From: Tubulanus polymorphus
Taxonomy: Eukaryota > Animalia > Nemertea
NCBI RefSeq assembly: GCF_964204645.1
Contig: NC_134026.1
Span: forward strand, 6,595,950 to 6,659,949
Length of the DNA stretch: 64,000 nucleotides
Reading direction: 5' to 3'
Shown here: positions 63,756 to 64,000 of the stretch, piece after piece
Numbering within the stretch: the stretch's first letter is position 1
How the letters are laid out: each line of letters opens with the position of its first letter
Notes under the pieces: model-generated
Told to the model about the DNA's origin: nothing
Databases searched by the model: none
The model's input: the letters and a program-made list of their open reading frames with translations, nothing else
Made by a program: the position numbers and the translations under genes

Positions 63756-64000
63756 AGCATTTCATGCTGTTTTATTTTGTGGTTAGAAGCGCACGCGTTA
63801 TATTTTTTCTTTTCATATGGCTTTCCTTATTTGTCGTCTGACTAGAACTCTCATCAGTTACGACTGGATCAAGTTAAATCTTTTAGAGACAAACAGCAAA
63901 AAGTTGTGTTAGTTGCACCAACAGCAGCAGCAGCACCAACAGCAGCAGCACCAACAGCAGCGGCAGCGGCACTGGCACCAGCACCACCAGTACCAGCACC

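Overview
AT-rich, intron-containing animal DNA (invertebrate-like; species cannot be determined from the sequence). From left to right: (1) the 3' part of a many-exon FACIT/type IX-like collagen gene (+) ending in a ~600-aa disordered acidic-then-basic tail; (2) a three-exon minus-strand gene missed by the ORF track (14782-15886), encoding a signal peptide, an AroQ chorismate mutase domain with its active site retained, and a C-terminal transmembrane helix. This looks like a domesticated, intron-bearing, probably horizontally acquired cell-surface chorismate mutase in an animal and is the top finding; (3) a divergently transcribed uncharacterised multi-exon gene (+); (4) an intronless peptide-receptor-like class A GPCR and a tandem trio of short class A GPCRs (two intact, one pseudogene); (5) a tandem pair of two-exon genes with an unnamed domain; (6) a two-TM, PPxY-rich membrane protein gene (-); (7) a repeat-rich right third with a 2.9-kb probable solo LTR, a LINE 3' remnant, a structurally complete but mutated DIRS1-type tyrosine-recombinase retrotransposon (ITRs, ICR, gag, RT-RNase H-methyltransferase, YR) nested in one arm of a large inverted repeat, Helentron-type non-autonomous elements and several MITEs. 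All exon structures and protein family calls were made by eye and have not been checked by any search.
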